Of a stretch of 64,000 nt of DNA, positions 28,424 through 43,001 are shown one piece after another (the first letter of the stretch is position 1; each line of letters starts with the position of its first letter). The stretch is from the human T2T-CHM13v2.0 reference genome, Homo sapiens. A program made the translations under genes and the position numbers. The notes under the pieces were generated by a model. The model worked only from the letters and a program-made list of their open reading frames with translations. It ran no database searches and had not been told where the DNA came from. The DNA lies in NCBI RefSeq assembly GCF_009914755.1, contig NC_060941.1. One strand, written 5' to 3'.

Positions 28424-30501
28424 TAGTCCTTTATCATATACTCTTAATTAATTACAATTGGCCACCTTTTAACTAAAACTTTCCTCCCAAAAAGGACTGC
28501 CCATCACACTTATAAAGCTATGTAAGTGGCATCTGTGGAACAAGCTATAATTAATTTCTTATTTCATAGAGGAAAGAATTTCATCCACTGACTTAATTAT
28601 CTGTAGTGCTTAAGATGTGATGTGCTTAACAATGTTCAGTGAGAGAAAGATTCTCTGTTTCTTGGTCCTATTTCTTGGCCTTTTCTCTGTCTGCTGCTCA
28701 TTTTTATACCCAGCTTCCAGATGCACTCTGTTTTCTCCATTCTGAAGGAAAGATGAAGAATGTATATTTTAAAATTGAATGAAAACTACATATCCTGGCT
28801 GTGTTTTATTATCCCCATCTCTGTTTGTTAATTTGAAGAAATTGAAGGGAGGTAACGATTCTAAGACCCCATAGTACGGAAATATTCTGCAAAAAGCAGT
28901 AGTATTTGAAGGATCATTTTTAAAAGTTTAATATCAGTATTTTAAATGTAAGAAATTTGTTCTACCTCATCAATTCTAACTTTAAAAGAATCCCTATAAA
29001 TTATTAACAAAAAGATGCCAAATTCACTCTGATGATAAACACTTAACAGTGGAGATTATTTTAATTCTATGTACTTAAAATCATTTTCTGTGTGCTGAAA
29101 ATACTTGTTTTGCATCAAAATTTTCTATTGCATTTCAGTTTTTAGCATCTCTTCTAGAACCTTTAGAGTGTCAGATGGTACATCCTAGTGTTTCTGTTAG
29201 GATGGCATTGTAGGTAAATTATAGTCTTGCCAGATTCAACTGAAAATGAAAATACTGGGCCAGGTGTGGGGGCAGGCATCTGTAATCTCAGCTACTCAGA
29301 AGCAGGAGGATCGCTTGAATCTAGGAGTTCGAGGCTGCAGCGCACTATGATCACACTTAAGAACAGCCACTGCACTTCAGCCCAGGCAACGTAACAAGAC
29401 CCCATCTCTATTAAATAAATATCAAAATGGAAATATTTGGTTTTTTAATTTTTTTGAGTAAGCAAGTGTTCTTCCATTTCTAAGATTTTGAAACATGATG
29501 CTTGCAAGTCGTTTGCCTTCTCCATGAAAATACTTACTAGACATTTCTCCTGCCTTTAAGAGGAATTTTAAATTCTTTATAAAAATCAATGAACTATGCT
29601 TACCACAATCTTAGTATTTATCCTTAGTTTTGACTTAATTAAATAATTTGTAATACCTATTGCCTTCTCAAAGAGATGGAGGTCTAGAGATGATAAACAA
29701 ATTCTAGGTGAGTTCATTATTTAATTACCTACAGTAAATTAGTATTTTTATAGCTAATTGGTCTTTAGCAACACATGAGTTATTTTAGCTTACTAAAACC
29801 TTGATAATTTTTATTAGCTATGTTAACGTCTCTGATTTAATTTTGTCCTTTCAATTTGTAAAACTACTTCTCCCAATATATATTATTGTCTTTTGTGTAA
29901 TTAAAGGTAATATTATAGTTAGCAATTGCTGGCGATAACTGGTTAGGACTAACTCCCCTGTTATTGGTAACTATTTGCATAATATATTCCTCAGCATAGA
30001 GCTTGTAATTTAAAATGATTTTTAGGTTGCGTGTCCTTTTGTTATTAATCATTCTTACTGCATTTTCTTAGAATAAAGAGTATCAAGGGAACTGATTCCA
30101 TGCTATTTTTAGTCAGAAAATTAATACATTTTGTAATTGTTATTGTAATATCCATGTTGAGGCCAAACAATGTAAAATTGATGGTTAACTATTTGCATTT
30201 TATACTGTAAGTTTTTCTCTTGCACACAGTCACATGCTTGCTACAGTTATGACTTAAAATATTTATATTTCTGTCTGAGCAAAATGTATCTATATGAAAA
30301 TTACAACTGATACAAGCTGTCAACTTATCAACAGTGTCAGGTGAGCTTATGGCAGAAGCAAAAGATTAGAATTTGAGTTTATTTGGAAAAATAAAATTGA
30401 CCTATGCAATATAAAATGTTTTTTGTACTGAAGTGTGAAGGGCGTGGGGAAATCCTTCTTATTGCCTGGTTTCATAACCTCTTCTGTGCCTGTAGATAAT
30501 G

Positions 30502-31221
30502 CAGTTGGCCCTTGAACAGTTTGGGATTAGGGTTACCAAAAGTATAACTTAGGACTTCCCAAAAACTTAACTACTTGACCAGAAGCCTTATTGATAGCAG
30601 TCAGTTAACACATACTTTTTATGCCTTCAGAGTTTTATACAATAAGATAAGCTAGAGAACAGAAGACATTATTAAGAAAATTGTAAAGACTGGGTACGGT
30701 AACTCACATCTGTAATCCCAGCACTTTGGGAGGCTGAAGCGGGGGGATCACTTGAGGTCAGGAGTTCGAGACCAGCCTGGCCAACATGGTGAAACCCTGT
30801 CCTTACTAAAAATTCAAAAATTAGCCGAGCATGTTGTTGCGTGCCTGTAGTCCCAGCTACTCAGGAGACTGAGGCATGAGAACCCCTTAACCCGGGAGGC
30901 GGTGGTTGCAGTGAGCCAAGATTGTGCTACTGCACTCCAGCCTGGGCAACAGAGCAAGACTCTGTCTCCAAAATATATATATATATATAAATAATATATA
31001 TATATGTATAATTTTAATTGTAAGGAGAAAGTACACTTACTATTCATTAGGTGGAATTGGATCATCATAAAGGTCTTCATCCTCATCATCTTCATGTTGA
31101 GGAGCAGGCTGAGGAGGAAGGGGAGGGCTTGGTCTTGCTGTCTCTGGGGTGGTGGAGGTGGAAGAAAATTTGTATAAATGGATCACTGAAGTTCACACCC
31201 GTGTTGTCAAGGGTCACCTGT
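30502..31221 (-). mobile_element. Tigger2a/MER28-like DNA transposon interrupted by an Alu
   Basis: TIRs CAGTTGGCCCTTGAACA / TGTTGTCAAGGGTCACCTG. Confidence 0.7.
30687..30973 (+). mobile_element. AluS followed by (TA)n
   Basis: Full dimer nested in Tigger2a-like element. Confidence 0.92.
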
Positions 31222-31764
31222 GATTCTATATGCATCTCTAACCTGTTTCCACAAGGGACCAATCCCTGAGGATGCTGTTGCAACAGGACTTGGCAAAGGA
31301 ATGAAAGGGTTCCTGAAAAACCCTCCCAGAGTACCTGTAGGAACTACTCTGATCCATAATTCAACTCTCTTCTGCCTTCTAAGACAGATACCTCAGATCT
31401 CTCTCAGCTTGTGGGTGGTACCATAGAAACTGTCTGCATTTTCCAGTTATGACTTTACCTTTATGTTTTTAATCTGCCATCTTCTCATTTCTTTGCCCAG
31501 ATAAGGTGATCTGTGTCTATGATGGTCAAAAGATAAACAAGAATAATATTTCAGTATATATTTGCAACTCACAAATTTTTCTTAGAATGATTTCTTTTAT
31601 GTCATTACATATAATACAAGATGTAAACAAGCTATTTAACCATAGTTTTAAACTATTCTTTTAAACCCTACTATGTTGCAAATGCTGACAATTGAATAGG
31701 CTTTAATGTTTAATGGACTTTTAAAGTTGAAAATAGGTAGAGGGCAGGAGTTAGAAAATGGCAA

Positions 31765-32114
31765 TTTTTTATTTTTTCATGTTTTGAGACAGATTCTTGC
31801 TCTGTCGCCCAGGCTAGAGTGCAGTGGCACAATCTTGGCTCACTGCAACCTCTGCCTCCCGGGTTACCAAAGTATAACTTAGGACTTCGTAAAACTTAAC
31901 CACTTGGTTCCCGGGTTCAAGAGATTCTCCTGCCTCAGCCTCCCCAATAGCTCGGATTACAAGTGCACGCCACCATACCCAGCTAAATTTTTGTATTTTT
32001 AGTAGTGACAGGGTTTCACCATGTTGGCCAGACTGGTCTCGAACTCCTGACCTTAAGTAATCCACCTGACTCCCAAAGTGCTGGAATTACAGGCATGAGC
32101 CACCGCATCTGACC
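31765..32114 (-). mobile_element. AluS carrying a non-Alu insertion at ~31866-31908
   Basis: Antisense dimer interrupted after CCCGGGTT. Confidence 0.92.
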
Positions 32115-32445
32115 AGTTTTAAGAAGCCAAACAAGCCATGTGCAGTGACACGCCCCAGTAGTCCCAGCTACTTAGGAGGATTGAGTGAGCCCAGGAGTTG
32201 AGGGCAGCCTGGGCAACACAGCGAGTCCCCATCTCTAAATAAAAATAAATGAATAAAAATTTTAAAATACAAAGCTAAACAAATCTGATTACATGTAATA
32301 CATTTGCCTCCTTTAAATTTTCTACTAAAGGCTATTCTAAGGATAGATTATCTTGAAATTATTTTGAAATTGAAAACTGAATTATATTTTTGCTTTTCTC
32401 TGATGCACTTTCATTATTTTCTCTACCCCTTGGAACCTTTTTCAG

Positions 32446-32661
32446 TTTCATCAGGCTGGGGAGAAATGCCTAATGTTCACTCAAAGACTGAAAACTCTTG
32501 GGGAGAACCATCCTCCCCTTCTACCCTGGTGGATAATGGCACAGCAGCATGGGGGAAGCCACCCAGCAGTGGCAGCGGGTGGGGAGATCACCCTGCAGAG
32601 CCGCCGGTGGCATTTGGAAGAGCTGGCGCACCTGTTGCTGCCTCAGCCCTGTGCAAACCAG
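32446..32661 (+). CDS. TNRC6C: Coding exon, 216 nt, phase 1-1 (VSSGWGEMP...VDNGTAAWGKP...LCKP), AGO-hook-like motif
   Basis: ttttcag|TTTCA ... CCAG|gtaagc; continues the frame of the previous exon. Confidence 0.95.
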
Positions 32662-32790
32662 GTAAGCCTAGCATCCTGCTTGCCCTGATCTGGCAATTTG
32701 GAAATGACTCAAAGTATTGAATTTTAAAGATTAGAGTTTTAGGATACTTTCCTCATTATATTTACACTTTAACTACAAACCAAGAGTCTT

Positions 32791-33093
32791 GGCCAAGCAC
32801 AGTGCCTCACACCTATAATCCCAGCACTTTGGGAGTCCAGGGCAGGAGGATCGCTTGAGCGCAGGAGTTTGAGACCAGCCTAGGCAGCATAGTGAGACCT
32901 TGTCACTACAAAAAAAAATTGAAAAATTAGCCAGGCATGGTGGCACATGCCTGTAATCCCAGCTATTCGGGAGGCTATGGTGGGAGAATTGCTTGAGCCC
33001 GGGAGGTTAAGACTGCCCTGAGCCATGACTGTACCACTCATGAGCCTGAGCAATAGAGCAAGACCCCATCTCTTTAAAAAGGAAAAAAAAAAA
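32791..33093 (+). mobile_element. AluJ
   Basis: Diverged dimer 130 nt downstream of an exon. Confidence 0.9.
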
Positions 33094-33672
33094 GCCAAGA
33101 TTATAAAATATTTGCCATGCCTGATACATGAACACAAAGGAGCTTTTAAGAGATGTCCATACCCTCCTTTTATAATAATACAAATAAATGCAAAAGTCAA
33201 AGCAACCCAGCATATTATGTTTGATTCTCCTGGTAATACCCACACTACTTCAGCAGTATTCTTGTACCTGCCACATTAAGTAATTTAAACCTGCTATTTC
33301 ACTGAGCAAGATAGATAAAACATGTCATCTCCTTGAGATTAGTTTTTGAAAATATGTATTACCTCACAGCAGCCTAACGCATCTTGCCTTATTGCCCTGC
33401 TTTCATCTTGTCAACAGAATTCCACTGGGTGGAATTTGCCATGTTTGTTTTAAAGTTGTTTATGCCTAAACAACTTGAAAAAATTTTAAAAAGGTACATT
33501 TTCCTCCCATTTTCTGAAAGTGTAGCAAATATGCAGGTAATAAGTATCCTTATAAATGTCCAGATTATGTATACCAAGTGGAATTCTTATATGGGTGTTT
33601 TGCAATGTGATATTTGTAATATTAACATGAGTATAAGATTACTGATTTAAATCTGATATTAAAATTAATTGT

Positions 33673-33974
<302 letters not shown>

Positions 33975-34484
33975 TCACATAACTGCAGAAGCTTCATCTT
34001 TTCTTTGGACATTATTAGATGTCCTAGATCTTAAAATGCAACTTTATTGGTTTTGTACTTTGTGGTTTTTTTTGGTTTTTTTTGTTTTTTGTTTTGCTAA
34101 TACTCGATAGTATGTTCCATATAGCCACCACTCTGCTCAAAGTATTCCATTTATATTACTTTTTTTTACAAACCTAAAGGATAAGGGAACTTGTGAGTAT
34201 TTAGATTCATGCGCCATTTTGAGCATTCTATTTTGAGAATTTGTCCTTGGAGGCACAGTTATGTGCCTATTCCATATGTTTATCAGCCTTGTATCTTCAT
34301 TGAAGACCCAGCTAACTGTGCTCTTACCTAGTCTTTGCCCTTCTTCATATTCTTCCAAGAAGTGAAAATTTGGGGTAATTTTGATACCGAAAATCACTTT
34401 GTATTTTAAGATAGGAGGAAAAAACAATATCTGAAGTGGAAACTCGATAGTCACTTTGTAGCTCCATCTGCCTAAGGCCTCCAT

Positions 34485-34612
34485 CCTGCTAGTCTGTAAG
34501 CATCTCCTGCGGGCTTGTTAGAAATGCAGCCTGTCGGGCCCAACCTCAGGCCTGCCAGACTTCACATGATCCAGCTGACTGTCACGAGTGGACAGGTTTG
34601 AGAAGCTCTGGT
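34485..34612. mobile_element. MER5A-like hAT MITE
   Basis: GCTTGTTAGAAATGCAG...GTTTGAGAAGCTCTG. Confidence 0.6.
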
Positions 34613-34669
34613 CTGTGTGACTTAATGCTCATAGGTTTGGATCAAGCAGTGATTAAGAATCAGACAGAG

Positions 34670-35079
<410 letters not shown>

Positions 35080-35479
35080 CCTACAAATTTTAAAAACCAC
35101 ACAGGACAATGAAATGTTTTAGGAATCTACATTTCTGTAGCCTTTTCATACCATGTAGAGATTGCCACCTTCCCTGGTGGCCCCAGGATTTGTTCTTAGC
35201 ATGTTTATGTTTCAGAATGATGTGTAGTTGGTTAAGGAAGTTTAGAACAGCACAGAGTACAAATAGCTGATGTTTGAAGGAAAAATTATATACATATACA
35301 TGTTTATTTACATATGTAGCAAGAGAAATTCAATTCTGAGATCTGGGAGAAATGAAGGCATAAAAAGGTAGATTACAATGCATCATTTGTCCCACGACCC
35401 CTAAATTATATGTTACAGTGGAAGCATTGTCTGCGTTAGGGACATGAATTTGATAAGTTCATGTTTGCTCTGTTTCTAG

Positions 35480-35646
35480 CTTCAAAATCTATGCAAGAAG
35501 GCTGGGGCAGTGGTGGGGATGAAATGAACCTCAGTACCAGCCAGTGGGAGGATGAAGAAGGGGACGTGTGGAATAATGCTGCTTCCCAAGAAAGCACCTC
35601 CTCCTGCAGCTCCTGGGGGAACGCCCCCAAAAAAGGACTTCAAAAG
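35480..35646 (+). CDS. TNRC6C: Coding exon, 167 nt (ASKSMQEGWGSGG...KKGLQK)
   Basis: tttctag|CTTCA ... AAG|gtaagt; phase 1-0. Confidence 0.95.
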
Positions 35647-35737
35647 GTAAGTACAACACTCTTAACGACGGTACACCCTGAAAACCAAAGGTACTTCAGA
35701 CACATTCAGTATCCAGTTAATCAGACAAAAAGATAGA

Positions 35738-36208
35738 CCTGAGGTTCTCAAAGTAGTCTTAGGACCCTTGGAGGTCCCAGAGACCCTTTCAGGGGAGTAA
35801 GCAAGGTCACAACTATTATCATGCCAGTACTAAGACTGTCTTTTTCATTTGAAGTCTCTCTCCGGTATAGGGTAGAGGTGTCCAGAGAACTTTATTGTAG
35901 CAGAGAATGTGCAGAAACAGGCATGAAAATCCAGCCATTTCTCTTAAGCCAGACATAGAGATTTGCCAAAAGGCAAAACAGTGCCACCCTTCTCATGAAA
36001 AATTAATTACTTTTTATTTTAAAATGTTAGGTTAATGTGTAGTGACTATTATTTTTAAGCAAAATTATATTTTTAAATTTTCTCAGTTTTAATTTCTAAT
36101 ACAGTAAATAGCAATAGACACAACTCATGTCAACAGAAGTTCTTTGGGATCTTCAGTCTCTAAGAGAGTATTATAGGGTCCTGAGACCAAAAAGTTTGAG
36201 ACAGATGG
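35738..36208. mobile_element. hAT Charlie1-like element
   Basis: GGTTCTCAAAG...GAGACCCTTTCAGGGG and GGGTCCTGAGACCAAAAAGTTTGAGA termini. Confidence 0.6.
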
Positions 36209-36221
36209 TTAAGAAGTCTTA

Positions 36222-36617
<396 letters not shown>

Positions 36618-38807
36618 CTAGATGACTGCCCAATTCAGTCCACATTCAGCATGACTGAATTTCAAGTAGGTCACAAACTTAAATATTAAAAATATGAAAA
36701 CATGAAAGAACATTAAAAACAATTTTGGACTCAGAGAGGCCTAACTATGACCAAAATCTAAAAGCCATAAAATAAAATTTTTTTGTGTCAATAGATAAAT
36801 GTAAAAACTGTACATGACAGAAAATACCATAATCAAAGTCAAAAGAAAAATAGCAAACTGGAAAAATATGTTTATAACTCATATCATAGAGAGGGCCAAT
36901 CCCCTGATACATAAAGTCCTAGAAACTGATTTAAAAAAAAAATCAGCCAGAAACCCAGTAGAAAAAGGAGCACAGAATGTGAAGAGTAGCTGGTCCACAG
37001 AGAAGGAGCACCAGTGGCTCCTAGACACGGACTCACAGGAAGGCAGTGCAGTTCCAGACAGCACTCAGAGACACCTGCCATTTTTCATCTCTCAGACCCA
37101 CAGAAAGCCAGCGTTTTGATTTTTTTATTTAAAAAAATTTTTTTAGAGACAGAGTCTTGCTGTGTCACCTTAGGGGCTGGAGTACAACCTTGAACTCCTG
37201 GGCTCGAATTGTCCTCCTGCCTCAGCCTCCTGAGTAGCTGGGTCTACAGGTGCATGCCACTCTGCCCAACTAATTTTATTTTTTATTTTTTCTGTAGAGA
37301 CAGAGTCTCACTTTGTGGCATTTATACAGTTTTGTATTGCAGCATTTTTGTAGTAAAAAGATAACAATAATTTATGTGTACATTGATGGAGTAACAAGTT
37401 AATTATGTCACTTCTACATTATACAGAACTAAAAGGAAATTCTATCTATGTATTGATATGAAAAGATCACTAAAGTACATTGTTAAATTAAAAGCAAGGT
37501 GCAGAAAAACATGTACAGCACACACCCTATTTTGTGGGGTAGGAGGAAGAAAACGTGTGTGTGTGTATGTGAGTGTGTGTATGCATGCATGCACACGTAG
37601 TGTATCAGCTTCTACAGAATGTTCTAAATTCTCTGGAAGGGCAAATAAGAAACTGCTATGAGTAGTGCCTCTTCGAGAGAACAGGAACTAAGCAAATGGG
37701 GTGGCATGAGATGAAAACTTTCTTTATACCTTGTTTATACTTTTGAATCGTGTGAATGTATTCATGTTCAAAAAAATATAGTTTATAAAAGCATTCAGTT
37801 AATAATCAGCAGAAACCAGAAACTAAAATCAGAGCTCTCCGCTCATGAGGAGTAGAAGTGATTACAGACATCAAAAAGAATCCTTTTTACAGTTGGGCTG
37901 GCAAATAATCCAGTTAATGATGGGACCAAAAATAGCAAATTGGTAAATTAAAATCTTGACTAATCTGGCTCTGGCAGCATAGTAATGATTGAAATAGCCC
38001 CAAAATAAGCTAGTTCCTTGAGGAAAGAAAGCCTGTTTATAGAGCTCCATATGCTCCATGATATAGCTGTGGCAGGCTCAATTGTGAAAAACACTATGAA
38101 GAATATTTTTGGAAGGGAATTTTTTTCATATTGTAATAATGCATCATTAGAACCTTTGCATTTATAGGCTCAGAGGGAAGTTATTGAGAAGCCTCCTGGC
38201 TCTTCTGTGGTGCCGTGCCCTCCCCCACCCCCACTGCTCTTTCTGTAGCTGACCTTTTTCCTCATCCTCTCCTTCACTGACATTTTCCTCCTTATTCCTT
38301 TTCTCTACCCTATGAGCTATAAGTAACAAATAGTTAATAAAATTAACAGGTTGTTTCATCCTTTCTTCTTGCTGCCTCTTTACTCATTGGAATAATCCCC
38401 CTCATTTTATCATTTTTCAGAATAAAGCTTAGAAAAGGCAAAAAGTGTAATTTTTAGTAAACTTCACATAGGGCTGTGTTCAAGGGAGCGCTTAGGATTA
38501 TTGGATAGTAAAAGTAGTCTATATTTGTGATAAACTAAATTAATTATTTGGGAAAGAGAAATAATTATCTTGCTTTAAGTTCATAAATTGCACATATATA
38601 CCAACCTGCAAATGTACCTTGATGCTTTCCGTAGCAGTAGCCACGAAATACTGTTAGGGAGTTTCTGGAATACAGCATTATTCAATGTTAATACAAAAAG
38701 ATCCTGTGACTTTTAAATGACCCTGAATTTAGGCTGTCTCCCATTTCTGGTAGAAATGCATTAAAATGTAGCTCATGGACTTCCCCCTTTCCCACACTTT
38801 GTTCAAG

Positions 38808-38888
38808 GGCATGAAGACGTCTGGCAAGCAGGATGAGGCCTGGATCATGAGCCGGCTGATCAAACAACTCACAGACATGGGCTTCCCG
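38808..38888 (+). CDS. TNRC6C: Coding exon, 81 nt (GMKTSGKQDEAWIMSRLIKQLTDMGFP), start of UBA domain
   Basis: Pyrimidine tract + caag|GGC ... CCG|gtaact; MGF loop typical of UBA. Confidence 0.93.
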
Positions 38889-39146
38889 GTAACTGGCGTC
38901 GTAGTTTACTGCTACCCACCATGCTTCCCAAAATGAAATGCCCTCATTGTTTCCTCTCCATGTTTGTTATGTGTGTCAGAAGACACCAAGATTGTTTGAG
39001 GAATGAGATATTGACATCATCTAACTCTTAAATCTCCCTTTTACCTGGGTAGTTTGGGTTAGAGATCATTGCTTTGAACTACAGCAAAGACCCACATAAT
39101 TTCTATCAAAAAGGGTGTGAGAGCCTTTTCCTAGAATAGAAAATGC

Positions 39147-39412
39147 TTTTTTTTTTTGGAGACAGGGTCTTGCTCTGGCACCTAGGCTGCAGTGCAGTGG
39201 TGTGATCAAGCAGTCCTCCTGTCTCGGCCTCCCGAGTAGAGCTGGGACTACAGGCGTGAGCCACCATGCTCGGCTAATTTTTGTATTTTTGGTAGAGACG
39301 AGGCTTCACTGTGTTGGCCAGGCTGGTCTCGAACACCTGGGCTCAAGCGATCTGCCCGCCTCGGCCTCCCAAAGTGCTGGGATTACAGGCATGAGTCACT
39401 ACGCCCAGCCGG
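39147..39412 (-). mobile_element. AluJ/S with internal deletion
   Basis: Antisense Alu. Confidence 0.88.
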
Positions 39413-40759
39413 AAAATGCTGTGTGATTTTTAATTTTCATTGGTTTATACAGTTTTATGTTTACTTTTAATTTATAATTAAACGTGAATTTCATTAGTGT
39501 ATAGAGTATATTGACAGAGATCACAAAAGAAAACTTGATGTAAAGTACTAAGGTTTCATATCCAGAAAAAGTATCCTAACCAGACCTACTTAGTTCCTAA
39601 GTTTCCAGTCATACGTAGGGAGAATTCATAATTGTAGGGCGTTCCCCTGAAAATACCACAGTCTGTTCAATTCCTGAGATTGGATGGCAGTTCAGATGGC
39701 AAGGGATGTCGCCCATATTCGCCATGTATTCGCTTCATGGGACTTCTTTCAAAATCCTTATTCAAATTAGTGTTTATCTTTCAGTTACCGTAGATGCTTC
39801 TAAAAGAATGAGTCCAGAATGGCCTCCATGTAGCGGAGGAACCCCATCCTTCACACTGGGCACAGGCCCTCTGTATTGGGCAGGGCATTGTGTTGGTGGC
39901 CCAGGCTCTGCCTGTGTGAGTGGGCAAGAGGTTGACGGTGGCTTCAGCGTGTCCTGATTTATACTGTCTCAGTTATCATGGCACCCTAGCGGCTTCAGTC
40001 ATCCCCTGAGATTACTGTGTTCCAGTCATAAATTATCAAAATGAATCTACTTGTTTTGTTTTTCTGTTTCTTAGAGAAAAGTTGTTGATGGTGGAGCCTA
40101 GAGTTGATGAAGCGAAAAATGCAGCTCTGCACTCCGACAGTGACTGACATAGTTGCTGGGACTAGAGAGAGACATGGAGATGGGCCTCACTGGGACAGGA
40201 ATCCTGTCCTAGGAGAGCATCCTGTCCTCATGGCAGGTGTCCTTGTCTGTGGCCCTGCTGTCTTGGCATAGATTGCACCTTTATGGAATCATTGCTACTC
40301 AGTGTTGTACAGAATGATTTTAGGACCAGACACAGTGGCTCACACCTGTAATCCCAACACTTTGGGAGCCCAAGGCAGGAGAACCACTTGAGCCCAGGAG
40401 TTTGAGACCAGCCAGGGCAACATGGAGAGAACATATCTCTACAAAAATAATACTAATAGTTACATTTTAAAAAAATGAAAATGATTTTAGGAGTACTTAC
40501 AAGGTTTTACTGCCACTCTGCATTTTGTTTCCAAAGTGTTAAATACAAGGGCTTTACTTTGAAAATCAAGTCAGTACATTTTCTTATTACAAGTATTTTT
40601 AATTCAAAAGACATTGTCTCTAACCTCAACAGTGAAGAAATGTATTTCCAGTTCCAAAACCTAATAACTATGTCTTTAAGTTGATAGTGATTAAATTGTT
40701 TGTAACCTTTCCTTTTGTTAATTAATGTGCACTAATGAAAACTCTGTTTTCCTACACAG

Positions 40760-40817
40760 AGAGAGCCAGCTGAGGAGGCCTTGAAGAGTAACAATATGAA
40801 TCTTGATCAGGCCATGA
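40760..40817 (+). CDS. TNRC6C: Coding exon, 58 nt (REPAEEALKSNNMNLDQAM), UBA domain
   Basis: cacag|AGA ... ATGA|gtaagt; phase 0-1. Confidence 0.93.
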
Positions 40818-41305
40818 GTAAGTCATACAACATCCTTTTTAAAAAGGTACCCAGCTGTGAAGTTTTACTTTCCAGAAGCATTTGATTGTAGTCATGGTTT
40901 AATGGTTAATATGTCCTGGGTAGACAGGACCAGGCCACAGTGAAGGGGCAACCACACAACAAGCTGGAACCACAGAGGGAGCCTCTTGGGATTAGCGGAC
41001 TTTGGAGGTGAATCGCCAATGCCATATTTGAAGCATGTTGGCTTTTCTCATATTTTCCCGTTATGTTTTGAGGGAAGGTAATAATGACACTCTGAGAGAC
41101 ACTGGAACCACACACTAGACTTCAGTGGACACTGAGTGCGTTCCTCGTGCCTTGCCCCAGAACGGACTTGCCTAGGGGCCACCAGAAGCGTTGCCTTGCT
41201 GGCTGAGCACCAACTGTTGTTGAGAGAGAAGATTTTCTGTCAAGGAACAAGCAACCCTAGTTCTAGAGCTGCTTTAATAATAATGTTAAATATTTACATT
41301 TAAAT

Positions 41306-42156
41306 ATAGTCGATTCTTATTTTCTTGGTAGTTATGTTCTATAAAGTCACCACAAACACTGAATTAACGAATACCGAACCAGTGCTCCTAGGAGACATAC
41401 AGGGTTGGGTTCCTATGAGCCTCTGCTCACAACATTTTTGTCAACCAATCAATATATAACCTTGTTTTATATGTTTTTCTGTTTCAAGACACCTTATTTA
41501 ATATTGATATATTAGCCAAGAAGGGTGTAACATTTTTCTGACCCTGGATAATGTGACCATAAATTTATTTGGCTTTCATACTCAAAACAATGCCGTCCAC
41601 CACACTTCCTAGTCATCATCTCATGAATCCACAAATTTAGCCTCTTTTCCATAGCTCTGTCACATGCCCAGATGTTACTTGAGTACTTTCTGAGCAGCCG
41701 CACATACAGGTCAGTGAATTTTTTAGGATGTACCATATCATTGATTCATGATCATTGAACTCAGGGCCAACAGTGCTTTAACTCGTGCCTACATGAAGCT
41801 TACTTGACACATATTTCCTCTGTAAGGCGCTTTACTGCCTTCTTGAGCTTAGAAACATGAGACAGCACCTCAGCACCACACAGGGGGACCATTTTAAACA
41901 CCAGAATCACTACAGAAAGCACAGAAATACGAAAAGCCTGGCAATAAATGGACCACAAAAAGGACACTTCTTTACAACCTGATATCTGAGGCTCAACCTG
42001 AACTGGGAACTTGGGCAACTCACATTTTTTTGCCAATCTGCACATGTCCACAAATAACCACAAACAGTGCCCCAATTACTGATTTGGGGGTTACAAATTT
42101 TAGCAAGTAGGCCAGCTTTACAAGTACAGAATTCATGAATAATGAGGATAGACTGC
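41306..42156 (-). mobile_element. MER82/Tigger-like DNA transposon with decayed transposase N-terminal fragment
   Basis: TIR-like ends AGTCGATTCTTATT / AATAATGAGGATAGACTG; minus-strand peptides KKAVKRLTEEICV and AMEKRLNLWIHEM resemble the pogo/CENP-B HTH region. Confidence 0.65.
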
Positions 42157-42858
42157 AGACTGTCTAATCGTGCACGTGCGACAACGTGTGGTGCAAACTG
42201 CCAGGGCGGGACAGAGCAGCGTGTGCTGCAAGAGGTGAATTCTAACTGTGGAGTAGGACAGAGTTAGGGTGGGCCAAACACACACTAGTCATTAAGCCAA
42301 CAGAGCCGTGAGAACAGAAACAGTGTCTGTTTTGCACAGTATTGTATCCCCCACATCTGGAAGAATACTTGCAGATACAGGACTCGGTGAATGGAGAGGC
42401 ATGGCCATGAAGTAGGAGAGGATCTTTTGCAGACAGAATAATCGGGAAGGCCCCTGCAAGAAAGCAACCACTGAGCCCACCCGAAATGAGGAAGCAAGTC
42501 TTGCAGAAAACTAGGGGAGGGGGTGCATCCCAGGGGAGAGGACAAGCTGAGCCCCTGAGGGCCAGCAGTGGCTGGTGTGGCTGCTGCGGAGAGGATAGAG
42601 AGCGGCAGGGCCAGATCACAGACTGCAGGAGCCACGGAAGGGTGCCTGGGGCCAACCCCCATCCCCTTGCCGTGAATCCTTGGCAGCCCCTTGTTGGGCT
42701 CAGCCCTAGCAAAGCAAGGGCTCTCTCTGCCCCTGGCTTCCCTGTGTTTGAAGGGGTGGAGGGTCTCCATCCCTCCTTGAGGCCTTAGCTGGTGCCTATC
42801 TTGTGCTCAGCACTCACTTGTTTTGTTTACAACATTGCTTCTGTTTGTTGTGCTCCAG

Positions 42859-43001
42859 GCGCTCTGCTGGAAAAGAAGGTGGACGTGGACAAGCGTGGGC
42901 TGGGAGTGACCGACCATAATGGAATGGCCGCCAAGCCCCTCGGCTGCCGCCCGCCAATCTCCAAAGAGTCTTCCGTGGACCGCCCCACCTTTCTTGACAA
43001 G
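42859..43001 (+). CDS. TNRC6C: Coding exon, 143 nt (SALLEKKVDVDK...PTFLDK)
   Basis: ctccag|GC ... AAG|gtatga; phase 1-0. Confidence 0.94.

Noticed and set aside
40193-40209. GGACAGGA-A-TCCTGTCC palindrome
   Set aside because: 8-bp arms are expected by chance in 64 kb.
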